DNA of 64,000 bases. Source: a virus. Positions within the stretch are counted from its first letter, which is position 1; each line of letters begins with the position of its first letter. This document shows positions 48,176 to 57,173 of this stretch, piece after piece. The position numbers and the translations under genes were made by a program. The DNA is taken from IMG/VR virus record IMGVR_UViG_3300027861_000010; one strand, 5' to 3'. The notes under the pieces are model-generated. The model was not told the DNA's origin. It saw nothing but the letters and a program-made list of their open reading frames with translations, and made no database searches.

Positions 48176-49888
48176 ATGTCGATCAGAAATAACCACTGGT
48201 ACAATCTCAATGAACAACGAGATTACCCAATAGATGACACAGCTTCTGCTTTGTCTGATCTGGGTGACCGGTTGCCTGCTGCACTGATCCAGGATCTTCG
48301 ACTTCGCTGGCCGACCACTTACGGTGAATACGCATTCATCAGTTCGGCATCCGTGACACCGCACGTTGTCACGTTCATGATTGAAGCTACCAACGACCTG
48401 GACAACAATCCAAGCAGTTCAGTATTGATTGCAGGCATCAGCATACCGCTGGCCGAGTTAACCCAAGGCCGCACTTACGTTCTGGAAACTTTCAAGGATG
48501 GTGTTGGCGGTTTCGTGACGATCGGCTCTGGCGTGGATGTGCTATTCAAAGGCACATTTGCTACGCCGCGGCAAACTTTACTGACACCAAGAGTTGCTCG
48601 AGCCAACAGAGTACCTCCGATTCCAACGGTCGGAATCGAGCAGGCTGCCAGTTCACTGCAAGGAGTGGTGAACCTGACAGCGATTACTCCACTTCAGTTG
48701 TCCAAAGAGACGCGTGTCATTGACGGCGTCGAATACGACAATGTGATTGTTGTTCGACTGGTCGAAGAAACTACCGAGATCGCTACAGACACGTTCGACG
48801 AGACAGTCTTCTCTCGTTTCGCTGGTCCCTGCGGTCGCCGTGTTGGGTCTAAGTCCTGTGTCGATCCTCAACCTGTCGAAACAATTAACGGTATTGGTCC
48901 CGATTGCGATGGGGTTTTGACTCTGGAGTTTGAGGGTTGTGCCACTGTTGGTAGGAACGTCTCGGACTGCGGTTTGATTATCGACTGTAACTTAGGGCTA
49001 TCCGACAGCTGCGATCCACCATACTTGCCTACACTGGACACAGGAGAGCTGCCGTCGGAAGTGGTGCCGCCTGTGCTCATCCCGCCGCCTATTCCACCAG
49101 AACCTCCAGTGGGTCCAGACGTCAGCATCAGTGAGGTAGCCACCACAATTTTGGCTCTGCCGTACTGTGACAGTTTTGACGAGGGGTTTGCTTACAACTT
49201 CTCGCCGGTAGGCACTTCGCTGTTTGGCATTATTGCTGATGACAGTCCCGGTGAAGACTTCTGCTGTGTAGGTCCTCCCCATTCTGACGAGAATTACGGT
49301 TGCGACACTTCTCAATCGCTCTCGATCAGCAGCAGTATTTTTGAGGTTGAGCAGCTTCCAGATGTTAATGCCAGTTACGGGGCAGTTGCGACTGCTGCTC
49401 AAGCTCGTAAAAACATTTCACTGTTCGTTTCAGATGTTCAGACGCTCTACCGTAAGTTCACGACCGATGTCAAGATTACGCCAGGACAGCCTGGCAGTTC
49501 CTTGAACGGCGGCATACTGGTCAACTACCAAACCACTATCAGCGGGTTGTCAACTTACTTCCTGGTTCAGTTGGACATACAGGCCAGCACCTTTGGCGTT
49601 TATTTCTTCAACGGCGTACAACTTGTGCAACTGTCTGAAGTAACTGTCACTGACGTTCGCTCTTCAGACTGGTACCGACTCACGTTCCAGATTGTACCTG
49701 ACACAATTTCGCAAACTTCTGTAGCGTTCCAGGCGTCAGTTGAAGGCATTACTGATCCCAGCATCTCTGTTCAAATCAACACGTCAGTAAGTTCCAATCT
49801 GTGGGGTACTGATTCGGGCTTGTCCGGACTCTATGCCAATCGGTCGCGTAGTTACTTCTCATTCTGGCGAATCGACGAGGCATCTTAA
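48176..49888 (+). CDS. Cys-rich fibre paralogue 3 with a C-terminal lectin-like beta-sandwich
   Basis: NEQRDYPI, VETINGIGP, Pro linker, C-terminal GGILV..YFLVQ..DWYRLTF..GLSGLYA..YFSFWRI. Confidence 0.6.
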   Translation: MSIRNNHWYNLNEQRDYPIDDTASALSDLGDRLPAALIQDLRLRWPTTYGEYAFISSASVTPHVVTFMIEATNDLDNNPSSSVLIAGISIPLAELTQGRTYVLETFKDGVGGFVTIGSGVDVLFKGTFATPRQTLLTPRVARANRVPPIPTVGIEQAASSLQGVVNLTAITPLQLSKETRVIDGVEYDNVIVVRLVEETTEIATDTFDETVFSRFAGPCGRRVGSKSCVDPQPVETINGIGPDCDGVLTLEFEGCATVGRNVSDCGLIIDCNLGLSDSCDPPYLPTLDTGELPSEVVPPVLIPPPIPPEPPVGPDVSISEVATTILALPYCDSFDEGFAYNFSPVGTSLFGIIADDSPGEDFCCVGPPHSDENYGCDTSQSLSISSSIFEVEQLPDVNASYGAVATAAQARKNISLFVSDVQTLYRKFTTDVKITPGQPGSSLNGGILVNYQTTISGLSTYFLVQLDIQASTFGVYFFNGVQLVQLSEVTVTDVRSSDWYRLTFQIVPDTISQTSVAFQASVEGITDPSISVQINTSVSSNLWGTDSGLSGLYANRSRSYFSFWRIDEAS

Positions 49889-50697
49889 TGGTAGGCATCA
49901 GGCATCCCGAATTTCTGAACGAACTTGAGAACACCAAGTATCCGTTCGTACCTACCGCAGCACTGTCTAACGGGTCGGACACCTTCCTTGAAGGTACGTT
50001 CCTGGATGCTCACCTCTACACGGTGACAGGTACGAATCGGTACTACATTTCAAATGTCAACGTAGCTTCCGATCGTTTGACGATCACTATCGGCGATGCC
50101 AATGAATCTAACCGGATGACTGGTGAAGTTGCTCAACCTATCATCGACGGTAACGTCAGATTGGTTGACGTCTACGGGCGGTCAGGCGGGATCCTTGTAT
50201 CCGAGCCTGTGCGTTTATCTTTACTGGCTGCTTGGGGTGTTGGCGACCACCGCTTCGAGCAACGACAGACTGAGTTTTGTGTGACTTGTCAGGTACCTGT
50301 GCCCGACCCAGGACTGACGGCAATTCGACTGGAAACTGGGGAGATCCTTTCAGGCAAGGTGTGGTTGGTAGGTGAAGATGGTGTTGTGCTGAGGACCGAA
50401 TTGACCACAGACAAGGATGGCAATACGGTTGAAGTCTTGCGAGTCGATGTGGTTGGCGACCCGCTTTACCTTCAGAGACTCTGTACGCCGGAAGAGTTGT
50501 TTTATCCGGTCAACCCGATCCGCACGTTGCGGGTGAAACAAGGAGAATACATTTACGATTGTGTTCCTGACGAACAAGGCAACTTCACTATTCAGATGAA
50601 CGATTCGCAGGTAGCTGATGCAGCTCTGCGAATACGTACAACCCCTGAAGGCATTGTTGTCACCGTCGAAGGTTCTACAAACGCAGGGGGAACATAA
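49888..50697 (+). CDS. Baseplate/fibre paralogue 4
   Basis: NELENTKYPF; IRTL...PDEQGNFTI. Confidence 0.65.
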   Translation: MVGIRHPEFLNELENTKYPFVPTAALSNGSDTFLEGTFLDAHLYTVTGTNRYYISNVNVASDRLTITIGDANESNRMTGEVAQPIIDGNVRLVDVYGRSGGILVSEPVRLSLLAAWGVGDHRFEQRQTEFCVTCQVPVPDPGLTAIRLETGEILSGKVWLVGEDGVVLRTELTTDKDGNTVEVLRVDVVGDPLYLQRLCTPEELFYPVNPIRTLRVKQGEYIYDCVPDEQGNFTIQMNDSQVADAALRIRTTPEGIVVTVEGSTNAGGT

Positions 50698-50698
50698 C

Positions 50699-51718
50699 AT
50701 GGCTCGACCAAACTTCTTCAATGATAATGAAAATCGAACGTTCCCGTTCCAACAAGGGTCCGCAGGGATCGACACGCCTGCTTCAGGTGCTGTTGCGATG
50801 TACCAGATTCCTGACGACTTCGTAGTCGATTGTGGTTTCATCACGGGGCCGGAGTCAGGTTTCGTGGAGGGTGAGCATACGATCTTTCTCTACAAGATCT
50901 CCAGGCCGAGCAGTAATGTGATCTTGTTGGAGTTCCGGTCGGACGCTCCAGCGTTGAGCGACACTCCGTTAATCTTTTCAAGGAATACTTCAGATGCGGA
51001 CTTCACTACCGAGTTCCTCGAGAGCGACATTCCTGAGTATATCCCCCTCAGTCAGTCCGTTTCGTTGTCGCTTTCTGAATCACAAACAGTCGAGTGTGGG
51101 GAGCCTTTTTGGTCTGGTTATCTTGTTACCGGTTCTATGCAGTCTTTTGTTGATCGACTCAGTCTGGGCGGGACGATCACGAGGGCAGATACGACGGAGA
51201 CATTGGTAGAGCCTGCCTTGGTACAGAATTTGAACGAATGTCAGGTCGTTTCGTTAAATGTTGCAAATTCCGATCGTACTCGGGCTTTGCGGCCTGCGGA
51301 TTGTCCGCCGAACGAATGGAACTTCAACACCGGGGAGGTTTATGTCAACCGCGAATGTCTTCAGGGCGATGTAAGGTTAAGGGCCGGGTACAATGTTGCT
51401 CTGAATCAGATCGCGTTATCGAATACGATTCAGTTGTCAGCGATTGTAAACGCAGGATTGGGAGAACCATGTGAAGAGGTCAAATTGTTTCCAACAGAAA
51501 CACCTCCAAACGATGCTCCCAATAACTTGTTAGCCGGAGATTTTTATTGCAACGAAGTTTTGAGGTCGATTAACGGACTGCAAGGTCCAAACCTTGTAAT
51601 CTTCGCAGGAACAGGCGTATCTGTGACTGCCAATCAGGAAACTAACACCGTGCTGGTTGACGTCGATCTCGTCGACCTGTCCGCATGTACGTTTTCAGCT
51701 GTGTCCGAGTCGATCTAA
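50699..51718 (+). CDS. Baseplate/fibre paralogue 5
   Basis: NDNENRTFPF; LRSINGLQG. Confidence 0.65.
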   Translation: MARPNFFNDNENRTFPFQQGSAGIDTPASGAVAMYQIPDDFVVDCGFITGPESGFVEGEHTIFLYKISRPSSNVILLEFRSDAPALSDTPLIFSRNTSDADFTTEFLESDIPEYIPLSQSVSLSLSESQTVECGEPFWSGYLVTGSMQSFVDRLSLGGTITRADTTETLVEPALVQNLNECQVVSLNVANSDRTRALRPADCPPNEWNFNTGEVYVNRECLQGDVRLRAGYNVALNQIALSNTIQLSAIVNAGLGEPCEEVKLFPTETPPNDAPNNLLAGDFYCNEVLRSINGLQGPNLVIFAGTGVSVTANQETNTVLVDVDLVDLSACTFSAVSESI

Positions 51719-51724
51719 CGGAGA

Positions 51725-54700
51725 GTGGCAGGGATGGCCCCTACAACACAATGCCCGCAAGGCCCACAGGATCCGGTGTTCGACATCGTCAAGTGCGATG
51801 TTCCGTGCATCTTCCCGATCCCAGATGGCAATTGGATTGAAGATCCGCAGGTTCCTCCGGCACCGGATGACATCGCGGATTGTCCTGCTATCCCTGTGCC
51901 TTTACCGGAACCGGATCCACTCTGTCCTGAGATCACGTTTGATGGGAATCCTCAAGGTGGGCAGGCTCAAATTAGTGTTGTGCCGATTGGACAAGAACGG
52001 GCTTTCTTCCGTATCACTAAAGGTGAATGTTGCGATTACGACTTCGATCTTGAGATCGACTTTCCTTGTCCTGAACTGATTTCACTGGACTCGAATAGCC
52101 AATCAAACTCGAATTCAAACTCGAATTCGAGTAGTTACGCAGAGTGCGGTACGCCGCCGTCCGCTACGTTAGACATTACGAAGTCAGGCGACTGTACCTA
52201 CACCTTCGATCTTGAAGTCATATTTCCGTGCCCTCAAGACGGACCACAAGGCCCACCAGGCCCACAAGGCCCACAAGGCCCACAAGGACCGGGCGGACCA
52301 CAGGGACCACAGGGACCGGGCGGACCCCAAGGACCACAGGGACCGGGAGGCCCACAAGGGCCACAGGGACCAGAAGGTCCCCAAGGACCACAGGGACCAG
52401 AAGGTCCTCAGGGACCACAGGCACCAAAGAACCCAGACGGTCCACAAGGTCCCCAAGGACCACAAGGCCCGCAAGGACCGGGCGGACCACAGGGACCACA
52501 GGGTCCAGAAGGTCCCCAAGGGCCACAGGGTCCAGAAGGTCCCCAAGGGCCACAGGGACCAGAAGGTCCTCAGGGACCACAGGGACCAGAAGGTCCCCAA
52601 GGACCACAGGGACCACAGGGACCACAGGGTCCAGAAGGTCCCCAAGGGCCACAAGGGCCACAGGGACCGGACGGACCACAAGGAGCCGACGGACCACAGG
52701 GACCGGACGGACCTCAAGGGCCACAGGGACCAGAAGGTCCTCAGGGACCACAAGGGCCACAGGGACCAGAAGGTCCTCAGGGACCACAAGGGCCACAGGG
52801 TACAGAAGGACCACAGGGACCACAGGGTACAGAAGGTCCACAGGGACCACAGGGACCACAGGGTACAGAAGGTCCACAGGGACCACAGGGTACAGAAGGT
52901 CCACAGGGACCACAGGGTACAGAAGGTCCACAGGGACCACAGGGAGCCGACGGACCCCAGGGACCACAGGGAGCCGACGGACCACAGGGACCACAGGGAG
53001 CCGACGGACCACAGGGACCGGACGGACCACAAGGAGCCGACGGACCACAGGGACCGGACGGACCTCAAGGAGCTGACGGACCACAGGGACCGGACGGACC
53101 TCAAGGAGCTGACGGACCTCAAGGCCCCGATGGACCTCAAGGGGCCGATGGACCTCAAGGGGCTGACGGACCTCAAGGCCCCGATGGACCTCAAGGGGCT
53201 AAAGGCCCACAAGGAGCTGACGGCCCACAGGGACCGGACGGACCTCAAGGAGCTGACGGCCCGCAAGGGTCTAAAGGTCCACAAGGAGCTTCCGGACCTC
53301 AGGGAGCTTCCGGACCTCAAGGGTCTAAAGGCCCTCAAGGAACAGCTGGGCCTCAGGGAACAGCCGGACCTCAGGGTGACGCGGGACCTATAGGTCCTCA
53401 AGGCCCGATAGGTCCAGACGGTAATGCCGGACCACAAGGTCCGACCGGGGCAGCTGGCCCGACTGGTGACCCGGGACCTCAAGTTCAAGGAACAGGTGGT
53501 GGGACTGGACCTACAGGAGCAACTGGTCCAACAGGAGCAACAGGCCCAGACGGAGCCCAAGGTCCGGTTGGAGCAACAGGCCCAACAGGAGCAACTGGTC
53601 CAGTCGGAGCAACAGGCCCAGACGGAGCCCAAGGTCCGGTTGGAGCAACAGGCCCAGACGGAGCCCAAGGAGCAGCTGGGGCTGCTGGTGCCCAAGGTGC
53701 TGCCGGGGCTGCTGGTGCTCAAGGTGCTGCCGGGGCTGCTGGTGCTCAAGGTGCTGCCGGGGCTGCTGGTGCCCAAGGTGCTGCCGGGGCTGCTGGTGCC
53801 CAAGGTGCTGCCGGGGCAGCAGGTGCCCAAGGTGCTGCCGGGGCAGCAGGTGCCCAAGGACCAGCCGGAGCAACAGGTTCGCAAGGAGCAGCTGGGGCTG
53901 CTGGTGCTCAAGGTGCTGCCGGGGCAGCAGGTGCCCAAGGACCAGCCGGAGCAACAGGTTCGCAAGGAGCAGCTGGGGCTGCTGGTGCTCAAGGACCAGT
54001 GGGAGCAACAGGTTTTCAAGGCTTCACTGGTCCAACTGGATTTATAGGGTCACAAGGACCGGTTGGTCCAACGGGAGCACAAGGTTCGTCAGGTGCTCAG
54101 GGGCCATTCGGACCAGTCGGTCTTGACGGCACACAAGGCCCGACAGGAGAATCCGGCCCTGTTGGAGCAATAGGGGGTCAAGGACCAACTGGTCCAGCCG
54201 GAGCAACTGGGGCTCAAGGGGCTGCCGGAGCAGCAGGATCTCAAGGCTCTGCTGGAGCCCAAGGCTCTGCTGGAGCAATAGGGGGTCAAGGACCAACTGG
54301 TCCAGCCGGAGCAACTGGGGCTCAAGGGGCTGCCGGAGCAGCAGGATCTCAAGGCTCTGCTGGAGCCCAAGGCTCTGCTGGAGCAACAGGATCACAAGGT
54401 CCGATCGGAGCAACTGGTCCAACAGGAGACGCTGGAGCCGCGGGTGCTCAAGGGCCGACCGGTGCTCAGGGTGCTGACGGTGCAACTGGTCCAACAGGAG
54501 ACGCTGGAGACGCAGGTGCTCAAGGGGCAACCGGACCAACTGGTGGAACAGGGCCAACAGGATCTCAAGGGCCAACAGGATCTCAAGGTCCGACCGGAGC
54601 AACTGGTCCAACAGGAGACGCTGGAGACGCAGGTGCTCAAGGGGCAACCGGACCAACTGGTGGAACAGGGCCAACTGGTTCGCAGGGATCAATAGGTCCG

Positions 54701-56785
54701 ACAGGTCCGACAGGTGGTGCCGGTGTCCAGGGGCCAGTTGGAGTTCAAGGACCTGACGGAGCACCCGGTGCTCAAGGAGCAACAGGTGCTCAAGGTGCTG
54801 ACGGTACAACGGGAGCACAAGGCCCAACTGGTTCGCAGGGATCAACAGGTCCGACAGGTCCGACAGGCACCCCAGGTACGAACGGTTTACCGGGTTCACA
54901 AGGCCCGACCGGTGCTCAAGGTCCGTCAGGTGAGCAAGGTTTAGCTGGTGGTTGGTCGAGCTATTGGGAATTCGATAGTGCTACTGGAACCCCACCGGCC
55001 TCGACTCAACTTCGACTTAACAATGCAACGTTGAGTTCAGTTACTCGCATCTATGCGTCTGATACAAACATAGACTCAGTTGATGTTTCAGGAATGTTGA
55101 ACGCGATCGGTGTCGGCGACATCCTTCGCGTCTTCAATCCCTACGATTCCACAGAATTTGCTCACTACGAAATTGATTCCATTACGGATCAGACTTCGTA
55201 CTTCGACTTCACTGTCACTCATATCGAATCCAACGGTACGTTTACCGACGCGAATCCGATTGTGATGACGGTTTCTATGTTGGGTAATGTTGGTAACCAA
55301 GGGCCAGCCGGAATTACAGGCCCGACCGGTCCTGTTGGGGCTCAAGGAGCAGCTGGCCCAACCGGAGGAACCGGCCCCGCTGGTGTACAAGGCCCAGCAG
55401 GTACTCAAGGGAGTACGGGTCCGAGTGGTGCACAAGGTACAGTAGGTGTTCAAGGAGATACAGGTCCGAGCGGGGCACAGGGATCGGCTGGTGCCCAAGG
55501 ACCGGACGGAGCAACCGGCCCAACTGGAGGAACTGGCCCCGCGGGAGCAACCGGCCCAACTGGAGGAACTGGCCCCGTTGGTGCTCAAGGACCGGACGGA
55601 GGCACAGGACCAGCCGGACCAGCGGGCTCACAAGGACCAACCGGCCCAACTGGAGGAACTGGTCCCGTAGGCGGTCAAGGACCAACAGGCTCACAAGGTC
55701 CGACTGGTCCAACTGGAGGAACTGGCCCCGTTGGTGCTCAAGGACCGGACGGAGGCACAGGACCGGACGGAGGCACAGGACCAGCCGGACCAGCGGGCTC
55801 ACAAGGACCAACCGGCCCAACCGGCCCAACTGGAGGAACTGGTCCCGTAGGCGGTCAAGGACCAACTGGCTCGCAAGGGTCATCTGGTCCGGCTGGCGGG
55901 CAAGGCCCTACTGGTACTCAAGGACCGGACGGAGGCACAGGACCAGCCGGTACGCCAGGTCCTGCTGGTATTCAAGGTCCTGCTGGTGTTCAAGGTCCGG
56001 TAGGTGCAACAGGTTCGCAGGGGCCGACAGGTCCTACTGGAGGCGGCGGTCCAGCCGGTCCTCCTGGTGCTCAAGGCCCAACAGGAACCCAAGGTGCGAC
56101 AGGTTCGCAAGGACCAACCGGCCCAACTGGAGGAACTGGCCCAACTGGAGGAACTGGCCCCGCGGGAGCAACCGGCCCAACTGGAGGAACTGGCCCAACT
56201 GGAGGAACTGGCCCCGCGGGAGCTCAAGGCCCAACAGGAGCCGCCGGAGACGCCGGAGCCCAGGGACCAACCGGAACCGCGGGAGACACCGGCTCACAGG
56301 GTCCAACCGGAACCGCGGGAGACACCGGCTCACAGGGTCCAACTGGAGCTGCCGGGGATCAGGGACCAGAAGGTCCTCAGGGACCTCCTGGACCTCCAGG
56401 AGGAGCGGGACCGCTAACGCTCAGCGACGAGTTCAATCCTTATTTGGACTTCAGTGAGCCAGCGACTGATACATCCATGTTCCTTCGTTCTGGTGCTCAA
56501 GGAGCGACCGGTGCTCAAGGTTCGGTTGGACGCCAAGGCGGCTCCGGTAAACAAGGTTCGACAGGTAAACAAGGTCCGTCCGGTACTAACGCTACCGCCG
56601 AACGTGGTGGTTTACTTGCAGCTTCGATGCTGGATTCAGTGGCAGAGCCTGGTACGATATACTACTCTCTAACTTCGATGAGACTTGTATTCATGGATCG
56701 CAAAGGCAAGATCTTCTCGCTCACAGGTGATGTTCCGGACGGGTACGTTAAGTTCAAGGAGGACTCAGCTGGACCGCAAATTTAA
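51725..56785 (+). CDS. Giant collagen-like fibre protein (start may be ATG 51734)
   Basis: Cys/Pro-rich N-terminal domain, about 300 Gly-X-Y triplets, a ~110-aa globular domain, about 125 more triplets, 11 short triplets and a C-terminal domain. Confidence 0.92.
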   Translation: MAGMAPTTQCPQGPQDPVFDIVKCDVPCIFPIPDGNWIEDPQVPPAPDDIADCPAIPVPLPEPDPLCPEITFDGNPQGGQAQISVVPIGQERAFFRITKGECCDYDFDLEIDFPCPELISLDSNSQSNSNSNSNSSSYAECGTPPSATLDITKSGDCTYTFDLEVIFPCPQDGPQGPPGPQGPQGPQGPGGPQGPQGPGGPQGPQGPGGPQGPQGPEGPQGPQGPEGPQGPQAPKNPDGPQGPQGPQGPQGPGGPQGPQGPEGPQGPQGPEGPQGPQGPEGPQGPQGPEGPQGPQGPQGPQGPEGPQGPQGPQGPDGPQGADGPQGPDGPQGPQGPEGPQGPQGPQGPEGPQGPQGPQGTEGPQGPQGTEGPQGPQGPQGTEGPQGPQGTEGPQGPQGTEGPQGPQGADGPQGPQGADGPQGPQGADGPQGPDGPQGADGPQGPDGPQGADGPQGPDGPQGADGPQGPDGPQGADGPQGADGPQGPDGPQGAKGPQGADGPQGPDGPQGADGPQGSKGPQGASGPQGASGPQGSKGPQGTAGPQGTAGPQGDAGPIGPQGPIGPDGNAGPQGPTGAAGPTGDPGPQVQGTGGGTGPTGATGPTGATGPDGAQGPVGATGPTGATGPVGATGPDGAQGPVGATGPDGAQGAAGAAGAQGAAGAAGAQGAAGAAGAQGAAGAAGAQGAAGAAGAQGAAGAAGAQGAAGAAGAQGPAGATGSQGAAGAAGAQGAAGAAGAQGPAGATGSQGAAGAAGAQGPVGATGFQGFTGPTGFIGSQGPVGPTGAQGSSGAQGPFGPVGLDGTQGPTGESGPVGAIGGQGPTGPAGATGAQGAAGAAGSQGSAGAQGSAGAIGGQGPTGPAGATGAQGAAGAAGSQGSAGAQGSAGATGSQGPIGATGPTGDAGAAGAQGPTGAQGADGATGPTGDAGDAGAQGATGPTGGTGPTGSQGPTGSQGPTGATGPTGDAGDAGAQGATGPTGGTGPTGSQGSIGPTGPTGGAGVQGPVGVQGPDGAPGAQGATGAQGADGTTGAQGPTGSQGSTGPTGPTGTPGTNGLPGSQGPTGAQGPSGEQGLAGGWSSYWEFDSATGTPPASTQLRLNNATLSSVTRIYASDTNIDSVDVSGMLNAIGVGDILRVFNPYDSTEFAHYEIDSITDQTSYFDFTVTHIESNGTFTDANPIVMTVSMLGNVGNQGPAGITGPTGPVGAQGAAGPTGGTGPAGVQGPAGTQGSTGPSGAQGTVGVQGDTGPSGAQGSAGAQGPDGATGPTGGTGPAGATGPTGGTGPVGAQGPDGGTGPAGPAGSQGPTGPTGGTGPVGGQGPTGSQGPTGPTGGTGPVGAQGPDGGTGPDGGTGPAGPAGSQGPTGPTGPTGGTGPVGGQGPTGSQGSSGPAGGQGPTGTQGPDGGTGPAGTPGPAGIQGPAGVQGPVGATGSQGPTGPTGGGGPAGPPGAQGPTGTQGATGSQGPTGPTGGTGPTGGTGPAGATGPTGGTGPTGGTGPAGAQGPTGAAGDAGAQGPTGTAGDTGSQGPTGTAGDTGSQGPTGAAGDQGPEGPQGPPGPPGGAGPLTLSDEFNPYLDFSEPATDTSMFLRSGAQGATGAQGSVGRQGGSGKQGSTGKQGPSGTNATAERGGLLAASMLDSVAEPGTIYYSLTSMRLVFMDRKGKIFSLTGDVPDGYVKFKEDSAGPQI
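52241..54946 (+). repeat. Gly-X-Y coding repeat block 1 (9/18/27-bp units)
   Basis: GGACCACAG-type and GGTGCTGCCGGGGCTGCTGGTGCYCAA-type tandem units. Confidence 0.95.
54164..54379 (+). repeat. Tandem 108-bp duplication inside the collagen
   Basis: The unit starting GGAGCAATAGGGGGTCAAGG occurs at 54164 and 54272. Confidence 0.85.
55283..56416 (+). repeat. Gly-X-Y coding repeat block 2
   Basis: GPT/GGT/GAQ/GSQ triplets, repeated GGCCCAACTGGAGGAACT units. Confidence 0.95.
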
Positions 56786-56798
56786 GTGAAGGAAAACC

Positions 56799-57173
56799 AT
56801 GCACGATACGATGGCCGTTTACATGACTGTCGAGGACCCAGAAGGTTTGGCTCCAGTGGAGAATGCTTACTGCACTCTGACAGAAGTTCATGCCAACTTC
56901 AAAACTAAGTCGTTGATTGCAATCTTCGAGTGCTGGCGAAGCCGTCAGGCTTTTGAAGCAGAGCGTAAGTCGTTCACCGCGATTCAGTTGCAATTTGAAA
57001 CAGAGAATGGCGGTAAAGAGTTTTTCGAGCGGTACGGCGTCGACGGGGCAGGCTTGTCTCTTGGCCCCAACATTAAGCAGTTCGCCCTGGAGCGGGCACT
57101 TAACGGGGCTATCTTGGTTGACGAAGGAACAACACAGGACGTAGAGAGGGAATCGACCGTTGAGCAAGCCTAA
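56799..57173 (+). CDS. Small protein after the fibre gene (possible fibre chaperone/adaptor)
   Basis: 124 aa, SD GAAGGA, position typical of fibre-associated small genes. Confidence 0.55.
   Translation: MHDTMAVYMTVEDPEGLAPVENAYCTLTEVHANFKTKSLIAIFECWRSRQAFEAERKSFTAIQLQFETENGGKEFFERYGVDGAGLSLGPNIKQFALERALNGAILVDEGTTQDVERESTVEQA

Noticed and set aside
52241-56416. Possible CRISPR array or satellite
   Set aside because: The repeats are in-frame codon triplets without unique spacers.
52184-56417. Long alternative-frame and antisense ORFs over the collagen gene
   Set aside because: Stop-free shadows of the Gly-X-Y repeat; no SD or domain support.
56786-56801. Third copy of the promoter motif (GTGAAGGAAAACCATG)
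   Set aside because: It lacks the CCTAAA and extended -10 elements and is explained as an SD plus start codon.
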